A DNA stretch of 64,000 nucleotides from Paragordius varius (lineage: Eukaryota > Animalia > Nematomorpha). Positions 26,819 through 38,378 of the stretch are shown piece after piece. The notes beneath the pieces were generated by a model. It saw only the letters and a program-made list of their open reading frames with translations, was not told the origin of the DNA and made no database searches. Each line of letters opens with the position of its first letter. The stretch's first letter is position 1. Location of the stretch: positions 4,588,001 through 4,652,000 of the forward strand of contig OZ176055.1 of NCBI GenBank assembly GCA_964247055.1, written 5' to 3'. The position numbers and the translations under genes were made by a program.

Positions 26819-29800
26819 TCATTCTTTTGTCGTAGGTTTTTTCTTTTTCTTCTTTGACTTGGTACTACTTTTAATAATATCCTAAAAACAAAATAAAATA
26901 TATTTATTTAGATATATTTAAGTTAACACAAATGTGATCAAATAAATATCTATTAACTACCAAAATTTCTTTATCCTCAATTTTGTGAGTGGATTCACAA
27001 TCTTCCGGATTAAATAGATTTGGGGTTATCCTCAATGAACCGTTCGGCATTAGCAATAAAGTGTATTTGAAATGGGCCACATACTCATCTAAACAAGTCG
27101 TTATAATTATATAAAACACATTTTTGTAATTGTCGTAAAATTAAAATTCAAAACAGAAAAAAATTTATACTTTCTTTTTCCCAAAGAACGGGATATGGAA
27201 CCATAACTTTATGGTTAACACATTCAACTATTCCCAACCTGGCCTTTTTCTCATCCTCCAGATCTCTAAATTTAAGAAATGACACACAAACCTTAGGGAA
27301 AAGGGCATGAGACCAAACCTTTTTTCAACTTCACTGTATACAGCTAAAACAAAAATTAAATTTGAACAAAATGTCAAAAACAAATTTTTTTTTAAAAAAA
27401 GACAATTATACAGTTAAAGTTAAACTTTGAATTATAACATCCTTTTGTGTGACAAAATATTGGTAACAAACTCAATTATATAAATTTGTAGTTTATGTAA
27501 ATACAAGGATAAATGGTTGTTTTGTTTTAAAAAATATTAGTCTTTACATTTTGTCACTGTATATTCAATGAATTATTTTATGTACCTCTGGACGCTTTTA
27601 ATTTCAAATTGTAAACTTCGTCTGTTTTTTTGTAGACCGTGGTCCTCGCAGCCATTTCTTTAACCTAAATATTAATAAACAACATATGTTAAACAATGCC
27701 ATCTCCCGTGCTAACAAGACAATCGATTCCATACACTTCATATGGTTTAAAAGTTATAGATTCATGTTCTGATCTGTAATATAAAGTAAATATTGAAATT
27801 AAAAAGATATGGTAAAGATTAATAATTTTTATAAATGAAACTATATTTTGTAAACTGTGTTTTTAATTATTATAACCAATTATTTTTGATTGCAAAAATA
27901 AGAATAGAGATATAAATTGGTACATTTTATATTTCAGATCGTAATCATTTAGGAGTAATTATTAAATCTTTTAAATTTTAAGTTTTTCCTATATCTTTGA
28001 ATTTTTACTATAATATATACTAAAATTTAACCGTTGAGCTTCTGTTGGATTTAGTGGTATAGTTTTCTCGCCTTCAATGTTGTGTTGTGATAATTCATGC
28101 ATTACCATCCCTAAATTCAAATGGAGTAAAGAATGTTTATAGTACTAAAAATTGAAATTATACATACAATGTAAAAACTAGACGCATATTTTTTATAAAT
28201 GAAAACCATTATTACAAAATTTTAATAAATTTAAGAACTTATTGTTTCGGATTTTGCAAAATAGGGAATAGAAATGTTAAATGTCAATAAACCCATTTAT
28301 ATAATTTAAAATTGGGAATAAACAATTTATGTAGGAAAATCATAATGTAAAAAGTATGGTTGCTATAAATATTTGACTTTCATTTTTCAATGTAAATATA
28401 CCTTGAACCGGTTTACACTTATATTGTTCACAGATGCGTTTAAGGATATCAGTGACCTGAGCGTCTTTATTTCCTTCTTTAATAATTCTGCTACATGCCT
28501 CAGCGCAATAATGAGCTGCAAGCAACACATCAGCCATTCGCCCTTTAATCTATATCAAGTATAAATGCGTCAAAAACATTATAAAAGTTAAAATATTTTG
28601 AAAAGCTATTTATAAAGATTCCCAAGTATAAATGCGTCAAAAAGTTTATAAAGGTCAAAATATTTTGAAAAGCTATTTATAAGGACTAAACTGAAAATCG
28701 AGGCTTTCAATTGATGAAACCAATTCTATAATAACCGTGATTAGAGAGATATTTTTACATGTAAATTCAGAAAACCCCTATTAATCAACCCCTCATTATG
28801 AGCTTGAAACAAACAGTGCCTACATACCAATTAGCTCATGCTGGCTTTTCCGATTTTACAAGGTGTCCTAAATTTAAGTCTTATCTTCGTTAAAGAACCC
28901 TCCTCAAACTTATGCATTAAGTATGATAGAATTCTAATAATGAGCCAAAAATAAAACAATTTTATTAATTTTTGTCTTCTATTATCTGTAGAATATTATG
29001 TATCATTTTGTTAAAATTAATATTAGTTAACTTAAAAGAATAAAATTTAAATTATTTTTTTTAAAAAAAAAAGGGTCTTGATGCGGGTGACATACATAAT
29101 CGTGATATTAAGGACTGATGTACTATTTTAAATCTAAAATGTGGATATTCGTAAATTCAATTTAAACAAATCTGATTTAAAAAAAGTTGCTTTGTAAAAA
29201 TATTTTTTTTAGATAATGATCATAAAAGACCATAGTGTGCATATTAAATTTGGCTTAATCAATAACTATTTTTTAAAATATAGTTTTATACTCTAAGGTA
29301 ATAAAGTGATGAAGTGCCATAAAACGAATACTTATGTTCAATTAAAATATATATTTTTGTATAACACTTGGATACAATACATTCATTTTGGTCCTTCGAT
29401 TCAAATTAGGGTAGTTAGATATCCCAGGTCTGTTTAAAATTAAATTCCTTAAAATATTTGGAAGGAATCGAAACCATGGCAAAATTTTGCACTTATATAA
29501 CATTAATAAACCGAAATATATAAAAAAAAATAATTCAAAAATACTTGATAAAGGTAATAATTTAGTCAACGTGACATGTGTGCAATGGTAAAATTAAAAA
29601 ATAATACAAAGTAAACCACTTAATTCTATTTCTATCAATGTTAGTGTAATTTAAATAAAAAATTAGCTTTAATATTACCTTTAAAATTCCAAAAACGCGA
29701 TATTTTGCAAAGATTTTGTAAAATTAAGATGGCGTCGAAGTAGTTTGAGATGGAACTTTTTATTAAACGAAATTTATTTAGATATTTTGGCTTATTTATA

Positions 29801-30812
29801 TAATTTTTATTAGGATAGAAGCATAATTTAAATTAAGACCGTTTCCTTCGGTAATTTTTAAATATATTAACTTTAGGTCTGGGGTATTTAGATACCCCAA
29901 ATCGGAGCGTTATTTAATAATAATACATCATATTATAGTTTCGTTTTAAATTTGTTTATAAATACAGTTTACATATATAACTTAATAAAGCGAAAGTAAT
30001 TATTTAAAGTTGACTGATATATTTTTTACGTGCTAATCAAAAAACCATAAAAATGACCTTAGCAAATTAAGCTAATATTGGGCAAAAAATACATTAAGAT
30101 GGAGGTAGTGTAAAGACAAATAAACATAAGTTTCCAAATTTAAACGTGCGAAATACAATGAATCTTGAGGGTCATTATAATAAAAATTATATACGGCAAA
30201 ATTGCGACAAAATTTATATAATTTTAAAAAAGATGAATTAAAAAAAGGATCTTTGGAAATTTATAATCAATATCAATCATTATAATTTTAATAAGTGCAA
30301 ATAATTATAAAATAAAAATTTGTATTAACCTTATTGGATGAGTTTGTAACAACCAGAGAATGAGCACATACAGATATATATCCATCTACATTAACGCCTA
30401 AATCACTAATATATATAAAAGCACAATACATTTTAACTAAATCATTTTCTTTGAGGATAACATCAGGGTCACTCTTTAAGGGAGAAAAATGGCACACGCA
30501 ATTATTAATGGAAATGCAAGTGGGAAAAGCAATACCTATTCGTAATAAAATAGTAACAACCTTTTTTAATATTTTTATCTTTCTTAAATATTTTGGAAGT
30601 TTCTTCTTCAATCCATTTATCACCTTGTGCACAAATATCTATAATTTTAACATCGACTTTGCACATTTCAATCAGTTTTTTCATAATTTCTACTGTTAGC
30701 TAATATATTAACTTGTAGCAATTTCGGCTGCAGTCGTATATTTGGTAACAACCAATTCATTTGACGGCGTTATGGACTTTTCATCAGATTTATTAGATTC
30801 AACCGACGACAT
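26819..30812 (-). CDS. PA2G4: Proliferation-associated protein 2G4 / EBP1 (M24 aminopeptidase fold), 12 exons, 377 aa
   Basis: Exons 30812-30713, 30689-30561, 30535-30430, 30405-30330, 28549-28402, 28110-28032, 27773-27695, 27664-27586, 27343-27292, 27265-27171, 27088-26961, 26881-26819 (1134 nt). Motifs: [75 protein letters not shown], Lys-rich C-terminus SKKKKKK. Confidence 0.94.
28556..28684. repeat. Two-copy tandem duplication, period 67 bp, next to the PA2G4 intron 4 acceptor
   Basis: CAAGTATAAATGCGTCAAAAA...AAATATTTTGAAAAGCTATTTATAAAG starts at 28556 and at 28623. Confidence 0.85.
29365..29909. mobile_element. Inverted piggyBac-type MITE copy in PA2G4 intron 4
   Basis: CACTTGGATAC...GGGGTATTTAGATACCCC; reverse complement of 18794-19343. 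Flanks are ATAA and TTAT. Confidence 0.78.
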
Positions 30813-32279
30813 ATGACTTCCTATTCAAATTTTACCGAAAATTTGGTTCATACATAAGGTAATATGTCAGTTTTGAATTTGATGCGCACCAACAAATTAA
30901 TCAATGACAGGTATTTGTTGTAAATAAGATAGGTTTGCTCAGTATCAATTTAATATGACAGAGAGTAATGTTTCACCCAAATTGAAAGTATCATAAAAAA
31001 ATTTTAAATAGACATCATTGATGAGCCGGTTGGGCAGAATAAGTGTTAAAAACAGACTATCATTGGACGGCATTTATTACCATAAAAGGCCTCTTCAACA
31101 TCGAATTACTAGTATAATATTTAATTTTTTTGAATGATTAAATACTTAATTATATTAATGAGCTAATTTTTTATATTCCGCTAAATTTATTAGCTTTATC
31201 GGTTAAAAATTAATTTAATATATACTTGATACAAATTGGGTTAATTGGATACCCCAGGCCGACTTTAAATTGTTATTATTCAAAAACTTTTAAAAGGGGC
31301 GGGCCTATTTTAAATTTCTTTATACCGCAATTTAATGGAATTCCCCCCACAAATGAAAAGGATGGCGCCATTTTTATTCTAATTTTTATAAAAATAGTGT
31401 TTTTTTATATTTCGGAATTTAAATTTTATTTAACATTTACAAATTTGAATATTTCCAATATATTCAAAATTTATCTAGCAAAATTTTATATTATAATGTT
31501 ATAATACCTGCATTAGTTCTTTATAAAACTGGGATAACAAATTTTAAACAGTTAAGCTATTATAAAATTTATATATATAAAAATTAAAAATTATCCTTAT
31601 ATCTTTTAATCATCCTCTTATTATTTGGTGGTTCAAATTATTTAATTTTCCCATTAATATTGTCATATAAATCTAATATATTCTGGTAATGTCGAATATC
31701 TATTTGTTGATATATTATTTAATCTTGCAACAATAAAGTCTTATCAAACATTCAATTAGGTTAAATATATCACTCATTTCTTTTATTCTGTTTTTAGATC
31801 CCCGCATTACCAACCATTATAAAAATAGTAAACCATACACAAAGCGAAACAATTATGGGGTCAAAAATCGATTAAAAGGCGTTTATAGAAATAAATTTTA
31901 AATGTGTTACATTTGTAATGATAATACTTTATTTAAATTCTCTCAAAAATATATGAACATATTTTTTATATAAATGATATCGATTACAATTAATATCACA
32001 TTTGCATCGTGTATATAAAATAAATTTGTTAAAAGTTACCCTTGAAAAAATTTAATAATAAATACGCTTTGAAGGAGAGGGAGGTTTTGTTAAAATTCTT
32101 GAGGCTCCTTAGTCTTAAAAGCTTGCCATATGGAAAATATAACTTGGGGACCTGTTTTGAATCAAAATCGGTTGTACTTTTATTTTCTAAGTCTATATTC
32201 TGATGCCCACATAAATTAACTTTAGATATTTTATAATTATATTAATTTTTATGGTATATTCAAGTATATTATTTAAATT

Positions 32280-32800
32280 ACACAGTTTCCACAAAAAATA
32301 TCTTGATAAATATATGTATTTTGAAAATGTATCAAGATCATCGTGATGCTTTTGGTTTTGGACCTTACGAGTGAATTAGGAAAGTGACTTTTATAATTTC
32401 CATATTAGAAAAGGGCAAAATTTGCCCTCATTTTAATAAATAATTTTTTTTGGTGCTAAAGCTTCAATTCAAGTAATAAAAATATAAAACTACATATAAA
32501 AACATAATTTTATGAAATTTCATATTTTAGATGTGGGTTGCGAAGGTCTTGAGTTTTTGCATCCGTTAATGGGCAAGTTAACTTAAACCAAACAAAAATA
32601 TACCGATATTTCGCAATAAAAATTTTAAATTGCTAAACTGTGACATAAAAAAATTTCTCAAAAAATGAATATTTCTTTAAAATTTAATTTATAGCAAAAT
32701 TTAATGTAGCAAGTTTTAACGTTTTATATCCTAGCTTTGTAATTGTTCCAAATTAAAAGGCCAAAAAATATTTAGTATGCGCTTTCGAACTATGCATATT
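32280..32800. repeat. Family G repeat copy
   Basis: Begins CACAGTTTCCACAAAAAATATC and contains GCTTTTGGTTTTGGACCTTACGAGTGAATTAGG and TTTTAGATGTGGG, as in the other copies. The right boundary is approximate. Confidence 0.55.
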
Positions 32801-33289
32801 AGAGTATAAAGTTTATTTAAAAAAATTCCTATTTTATCAAAAAAAAAATTGAAAACTAATTACAAAAAACTAAAACCAGACACGATTTGTTTTCAGAGAA
32901 ATAGAACCGCAAAACTGCAACACACTTAATTTTAAAAATTGTAAATGCAGATCTAGTTCCTCTTAATTCCCAATTATTCTTAGATTTTATTTTATATCAT
33001 ATATTGCTGAGTTATAAAGTCTTTGGATTTTATTTCCTTCACAATTAAATTTTTAATGGGTTTTTATAACCAAATCGTTATTTTTGGATATATCAAAATT
33101 AAAAATATTTTTTCAATAAAAAAACGTTTTTAATCGCGGCTCGAAGCGGTTCTCAAAAAAATAATATTTAAATTTTTATTTTAATTAATTTATGCATATA
33201 TTGGCTGCTTATTCATTTTAATTTTTGTTTCCTATTTTTAACACTTGGTTAATGTAAGTGTTTTCCCATATTTAAAAATGCTTTGTAAA

Positions 33290-33812
33290 TTTATATATAT
33301 ACATATATATATATTAAAAATGGAAAATGCTGGCTTTGTGATCTGTTTTCGGAAAACCAGTAGACCCATATTAATTTAAGTATCGAAAAATAATTATTAA
33401 TGAATGCCCCGACAATAGCTTCGCCCTTTTTTTGAAATAGGCCCCCAGTTCGGGCCCACCCCGTGTCCACAAAAATCGTGTCTTTGAGACAATGTTCCGG
33501 AGAACGTGTTGGACCAAATTTCAAATATGATTTTTGTTTACTTATTTTTGATTGCGCCGAACATAATCGGCTCGCTTTATTAATTTAGGCCCTCTTTTTA
33601 CCCGCTCCTCCCGTAAAATGCCATTTTTTTCAAAAAACAAAGTCCACAAAAATAATTTTTTAAATCGATTTTTCGCCCTAGGTATGAGACCGTAAAAATT
33701 CAATAAGCATTCCACGTATTTCCTGAGTAAGTTTATTGTCCCTTTTTTCAAATAGCCCCCCAGAAGTCCGAAGGATTTACTCGGGCTGCGTAGCACACGA
33801 GATTTACGCTAG
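33290..33812 (+). mobile_element. Internally deleted copy of the same Helitron (523 bp)
   Basis: Near-identical to 4430-4894 (reverse complement) joined to 3170-3245. Ends ...GGGCTGCGTAGCACACGAGATTTACGCTAG|T. The 5' TC reads TT. Confidence 0.85.
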
Positions 33813-34542
33813 TATATATATAACAATTTTTTGAAAGACAATGGAACCGGAACCAAATTTTGGCAAAAAATGGAATCGGAACCATTTGATCGATAACTGT
33901 TTTTTTTCTATCAACATTGTCTGGAAACGGAACCAAGGCGCAATAAATTTGACTTGAGACTTTAAGACAGGGTATTAATAAATCTATACAATTTATTTAG
34001 TGAAATCATCAAATAACAATAAATATAAATTTGCGGTGTTCGTATACCTTTTTGTGTGCATAATTTGGCGCATATAAACTATGATAAAATTTATACTAAA
34101 AAAATTCGTAAAATATAAAAATGTTACTTAACACATTAATATCAATCCATTTAACCATTAATTACTTTTCACCCTTTTTTTGTCTATAATAATTCAAAAC
34201 ACTCTATAATATTCATAAATAATTAATTTGGTCCATTTTGTTTTTGTACAAAATGAAAATATTGTCCAATTGGTTAAATGTATGCACCATGGTTTTCCCC
34301 CTTAAAACAATGCCAGTGACACTTTAAACTCATGAAAAATCGCGCTAATTCAATATTACAAGGATTTAATTAAAAGCTATTATTTGCGTCTTTTATGAAA
34401 TAATAGAGATAAAAACAAATATAGATTTTGACTTTTTCATATCATATCTTGGCATAGATATATACTAACTATAACTGTTAATTTATTTAAATCTATATTT
34501 TTGGCTCATAATTTTCTTTTTTTTATTAATTTTTCAAATTTC

Positions 34543-36132
34543 ATGAAAACTGCAAGAATGAATTTTAGCATTAATGATACCATACTGAATGATAAACATG
34601 TTGATTTCCGAATCGTTTCAAAGAATATTTCTATCCTTGAACGAATATTTTATGTGTATTTGTTGGGTCCGTTTCTTATTTCAGGAATTATTGGGATATT
34701 ACTATTTTTTATGATTTCATATCAGTTAAAGAAAATGGGGAAGCAAAATAATTTGACCATCACTCAAAACATGGCTAGTACCAACTTTAATATGAACAAC
34801 AACCAAAAAAATATAAGGTTATCAATCACTTTAAACGATTCAGTTAAAGACCACTTAAGTTCACACATGTTTGCCAGTAAACAAGATTTGATCAAACCTA
34901 TGCCAAAAAATGATTTGATCAGAGTGCCCAAGGGTTCGTTCAAAGAATATTTTTTAATCTTTGTTTATGTCATTTTAATTTGGGATTTAATAGCTTGTGT
35001 AAATTTCATATTTTTCCCATTCCTATATTATTCAAGTACGGATTTGGGCTTATCAAATTCCATTTTTATGTTTTATACTACCCGTGTTACCTTTTACGTT
35101 GAGCAAGTTTGTGCAACCAATCTGAATTGGAACACGGCTGCCATAGCGCTCAATAGATTTTTCGCAGTTTTTTACCCTTTTGGATTATGTGCACCACACT
35201 GTGAGATCAACCATGAGCTAATTTCATCAGGTAACAACCAACAACCCAATAAAGAACCCGAAAAACAAAAGAGTAGAAAAAGAAAATTAATGCACATCCT
35301 CTATTATTTTATGCATCACAGAGTGGGTAAGAGTGGACAGACCAAAATCATTGTGACATCAATAGGATTAGCCTCATTACTAATCTCTTTGCCATATCTT
35401 TTTTATGTTGATGTCAAAAAGGGACTAAGGTGCAAACCCATCCTAAATTTTACAGAAAATATGATAGATGACCACACTCATGAAAATATTCTCAGTTTAA
35501 ACACTGAAAAATTGCCGGACAAACTAAAAAATGGAACCAAGGTATTTCATTTGGCATCATTAAGTAAACATTACATTGCATATCTCTTTATTCGCAATGA
35601 AGAATTTCATGTTGTAAATCGATGTCCTCAGTTATTTTTTTATTACTTTGAAATGAGTTCATTTTATGTCACGTTCTCCAAAATATACGATAGATTTTTT
35701 AGCACAGTTATATATCTCATTCCAACCGTGATCATTTTGATATCCCACCTATTAATATTTTTCCGTCTTTGGCTCAGACGAAAAAGAAAGAATAGAAATC
35801 GAGTCGGTACTTTTTATGCTAACGATACTTCACCGAATACTCGTGTGCCCTCTCAAATCAAACTAAATAAGTATGTGTTAACATTAGCCATTAGCGTAGA
35901 ATTTTTAATTCTCAATATCCCTTACGTGTGTTACGTATTTCTGACTCAAAGATCCTGGGTCCAAGACGCTAACAATACGAAAATCAATAATTTTCAAATA
36001 ATCGCCAATTTCCTCAAATACATAAATCATGCTTTAAATGTTTACGTGAACATTTTATTCAACTCAACTACCCGATTTTATGTTTATTATTTTTTTCAGC
36101 GCTGGTTTACAAAATTGACATGCCTAAAATAA
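34543..36132 (+). CDS. Intronless rhodopsin-like (class A) 7TM GPCR, orphan peptide-receptor-like, about 529 aa
   Basis: Single long ORF; first in-frame ATG at 34543 (the track starts at an upstream TTG). Seven hydrophobic segments, N-terminal sequons NFS/NDT/NIS, TM2 Asp (LIWDL), ALNRFFAVFYP at the DRY position, LLISLPY in TM4, Cys in ECL2, YLIP in TM5, FLILNIPY in TM6, YINHALN in TM7. Confidence 0.85.
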   Translation: MKTARMNFSINDTILNDKHVDFRIVSKNISILERIFYVYLLGPFLISGIIGILLFFMISYQLKKMGKQNNLTITQNMASTNFNMNNNQKNIRLSITLNDSVKDHLSSHMFASKQDLIKPMPKNDLIRVPKGSFKEYFLIFVYVILIWDLIACVNFIFFPFLYYSSTDLGLSNSIFMFYTTRVTFYVEQVCATNLNWNTAAIALNRFFAVFYPFGLCAPHCEINHELISSGNNQQPNKEPEKQKSRKRKLMHILYYFMHHRVGKSGQTKIIVTSIGLASLLISLPYLFYVDVKKGLRCKPILNFTENMIDDHTHENILSLNTEKLPDKLKNGTKVFHLASLSKHYIAYLFIRNEEFHVVNRCPQLFFYYFEMSSFYVTFSKIYDRFFSTVIYLIPTVIILISHLLIFFRLWLRRKRKNRNRVGTFYANDTSPNTRVPSQIKLNKYVLTLAISVEFLILNIPYVCYVFLTQRSWVQDANNTKINNFQIIANFLKYINHALNVYVNILFNSTTRFYVYYFFQRWFTKLTCLK

Positions 36133-37398
36133 CGTTATACGATTATCTTATCCTGTCTAGATTTGTTATATTTTAGTTTTCAGATTATATTAAATAAAAT
36201 AAATAAATTACATACAATTTTACAGAAATAATTTTTATGTAAATATTACGCAATTAACACCTACGGTATTTTCATTTTCTTATCATTGGAAGCCATATAA
36301 ATTAATTTAATTATCACATTTTTTCGTAATTCCAATAATATATATATGATGTTTAAAATTAAATTATTCCATTTAATTTTAATTATATGATTAAATATGG
36401 GTAGTCTTATTTATCAAAATGATTATCCATTATGTAATAAAAAATGAAAATGTTTGGAGGAACTTAATTATAGGAAAAAGGGCGAACGTGTGGAAAAATG
36501 GGCCTTAATACTATTTTTGGTTGGAATTATATGGGGAAGCCGGTGGTACCCTTATTATATTAATTACTCTAAGTGACTTGAATCCATACTACTAAAAGGG
36601 TAGTCAAAGAAACAAATATTGCAAGGTGGAGAATATATTTAAAACGATGTGCGCCCCATAGCATTATAATTATTTTTTAATGGTTAGTTATCTTCTGTTT
36701 GTTAAAACAAGACTTAAATTATATTATAATTTATGATTGTCTTTATATAAATGATATTTTAGCATGTTTTTATGTTAAATTGAAAATTAGGATTATTTCC
36801 CAAATTACCAAACTATTATCGAAAAAATGATAAACCATATTAAAAAATAATATTTAATCTCAATTGTCAGTTAATTTACTTCAAAGTACATAATTTATTT
36901 TTGAAAGGTTAAAATGTTGAAGAGTGGTTTCAAGTTTTTAGGGTAAATTTACTATGGATATGATCGAATTGAATGTTAAAGGCTGAATCGAAGCATAGAC
37001 ATGCTTTCGTTTTAAATAATTTTTTATGAGGCAGGGTGCTAAAATACACATTTTGTAATGGTTTCTCAATTAAATTTAAATAAAAAAGTTTAAATATATT
37101 TGTAGAGCTTTTATGAGTTCATGCCGATTATCCTTCAATTTTATATCGGATATCCTAGATTTGGATAAACTCCCCAAAGTTGCACGTACCTTCAAGCAAG
37201 TAACTTTTTGGGGTTACATCCCGACGAACAAAAAATATAAATTATACATTATGTTTATTAATATTTATTTAGGCATAAAAACCACCACTAATCAAACTCA
37301 GCTAAATCAAAAATTGTACACATCACATTAGATTATTTAATAAAATGTAATAAAGAGAAATAACACATTTAAATATGCATGTTAATGTTTTTCATATA

Positions 37399-38376
37399 TT
37401 AATTTCGTTTTTTGGCAGCTTGCCTGGTATAAGGTTTTTGTGGTTCTCGAAGCGATCGTCCAGGTATCCAATTGTAATAGAATATTTGTAATAAAATTAT
37501 ACTATTAAGCACACTGGCTAAAATGTATGGTAATATAACTAGCATATCCCCCGTTTCCTGAATAGAAGTGTAAATACGAGCGAAACAGCCTCCAGTCATA
37601 AGTATGAAAGTTAGGGCAGATAATTGTCCAGTACCTGAGTTTTTAAGGTTCTCTAAAATTTGTAGCACTTTACTAATGACAATTATTGGCAAGTTTGCAA
37701 GTTGAAAAGATGAAATGAGACTTAACGGTACTATCCTATAAGGACCCGAACACATCATCATAGCTATCACATATGTGATGGAAAATAGTAGCGGTTTGAC
37801 ATAATTAGTATGTGGCCGCTCATTAATTTGATTTTCATTGGGTCTCAGACTTCTCCTACCCTTTACTGGAGATAAGGTTTTTGCACTTTGATGAGTTTTA
37901 TTCGGTGGTGCCTTTCCTTGATAGAGTAAACATAAATTTGCGATAATAAATGTTTGTAGTGCGGTAAAAAAAGTATCACCCCAGGAAGAAAATGAAAAAT
38001 TTCGAGCTAAGCTATACACCATATTTGCGGAAATGGCAAATAGTTCAATACATACAGCTGTGAAGCTTATACCAAAAGCATTTTTGGCATTCCAAATCTT
38101 TATAATTTGTGGAATTTTAACGAATGCCGATCCTGTTACTATTGTATAACTAAGCAATTTGCTAATAAAAAGTGATAGGCAATTTCGATGTGGTATATCA
38201 CGACCCAAAACATAATGGGAAAACATTTGAAAAGGAATTAAATAAACAGAATTTAAAATATGTTGAATTGATTCAAACCATGACAATTCCTGATCAAATC
38301 TATGTCCAAACAAATTATGAAAACATTGTTGACCCAAATCAGTCTGTAAAAAATTAAGAAGAAAGCGGAGTATCAT
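37399..38376 (-). CDS. MPDU1: Mannose-P-dolichol utilization defect 1 (PQ-loop protein), intronless, 325 aa
   Basis: Single ORF with VKIPQIIKI (PQ loop), FSFSSWGD, GTGQLSALT, ARIYTSIQETGD. N-terminal QQCFHNLF...NCLSLFISK resembles the MPDU1 N-terminus EKCYDQLF...PCLKILLSK (recalled). Confidence 0.93.
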   Translation of the reverse strand: MILRFLLNFLQTDLGQQCFHNLFGHRFDQELSWFESIQHILNSVYLIPFQMFSHYVLGRDIPHRNCLSLFISKLLSYTIVTGSAFVKIPQIIKIWNAKNAFGISFTAVCIELFAISANMVYSLARNFSFSSWGDTFFTALQTFIIANLCLLYQGKAPPNKTHQSAKTLSPVKGRRSLRPNENQINERPHTNYVKPLLFSITYVIAMMMCSGPYRIVPLSLISSFQLANLPIIVISKVLQILENLKNSGTGQLSALTFILMTGGCFARIYTSIQETGDMLVILPYILASVLNSIILLQIFYYNWIPGRSLREPQKPYTRQAAKKRN

Positions 38377-38378
38377 AT

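Noticed and set aside
36440-37330. Coding-looking patches between the GPCR and MPDU1
   Set aside because: No consistent start or splice-phase model and no recognisable motif.
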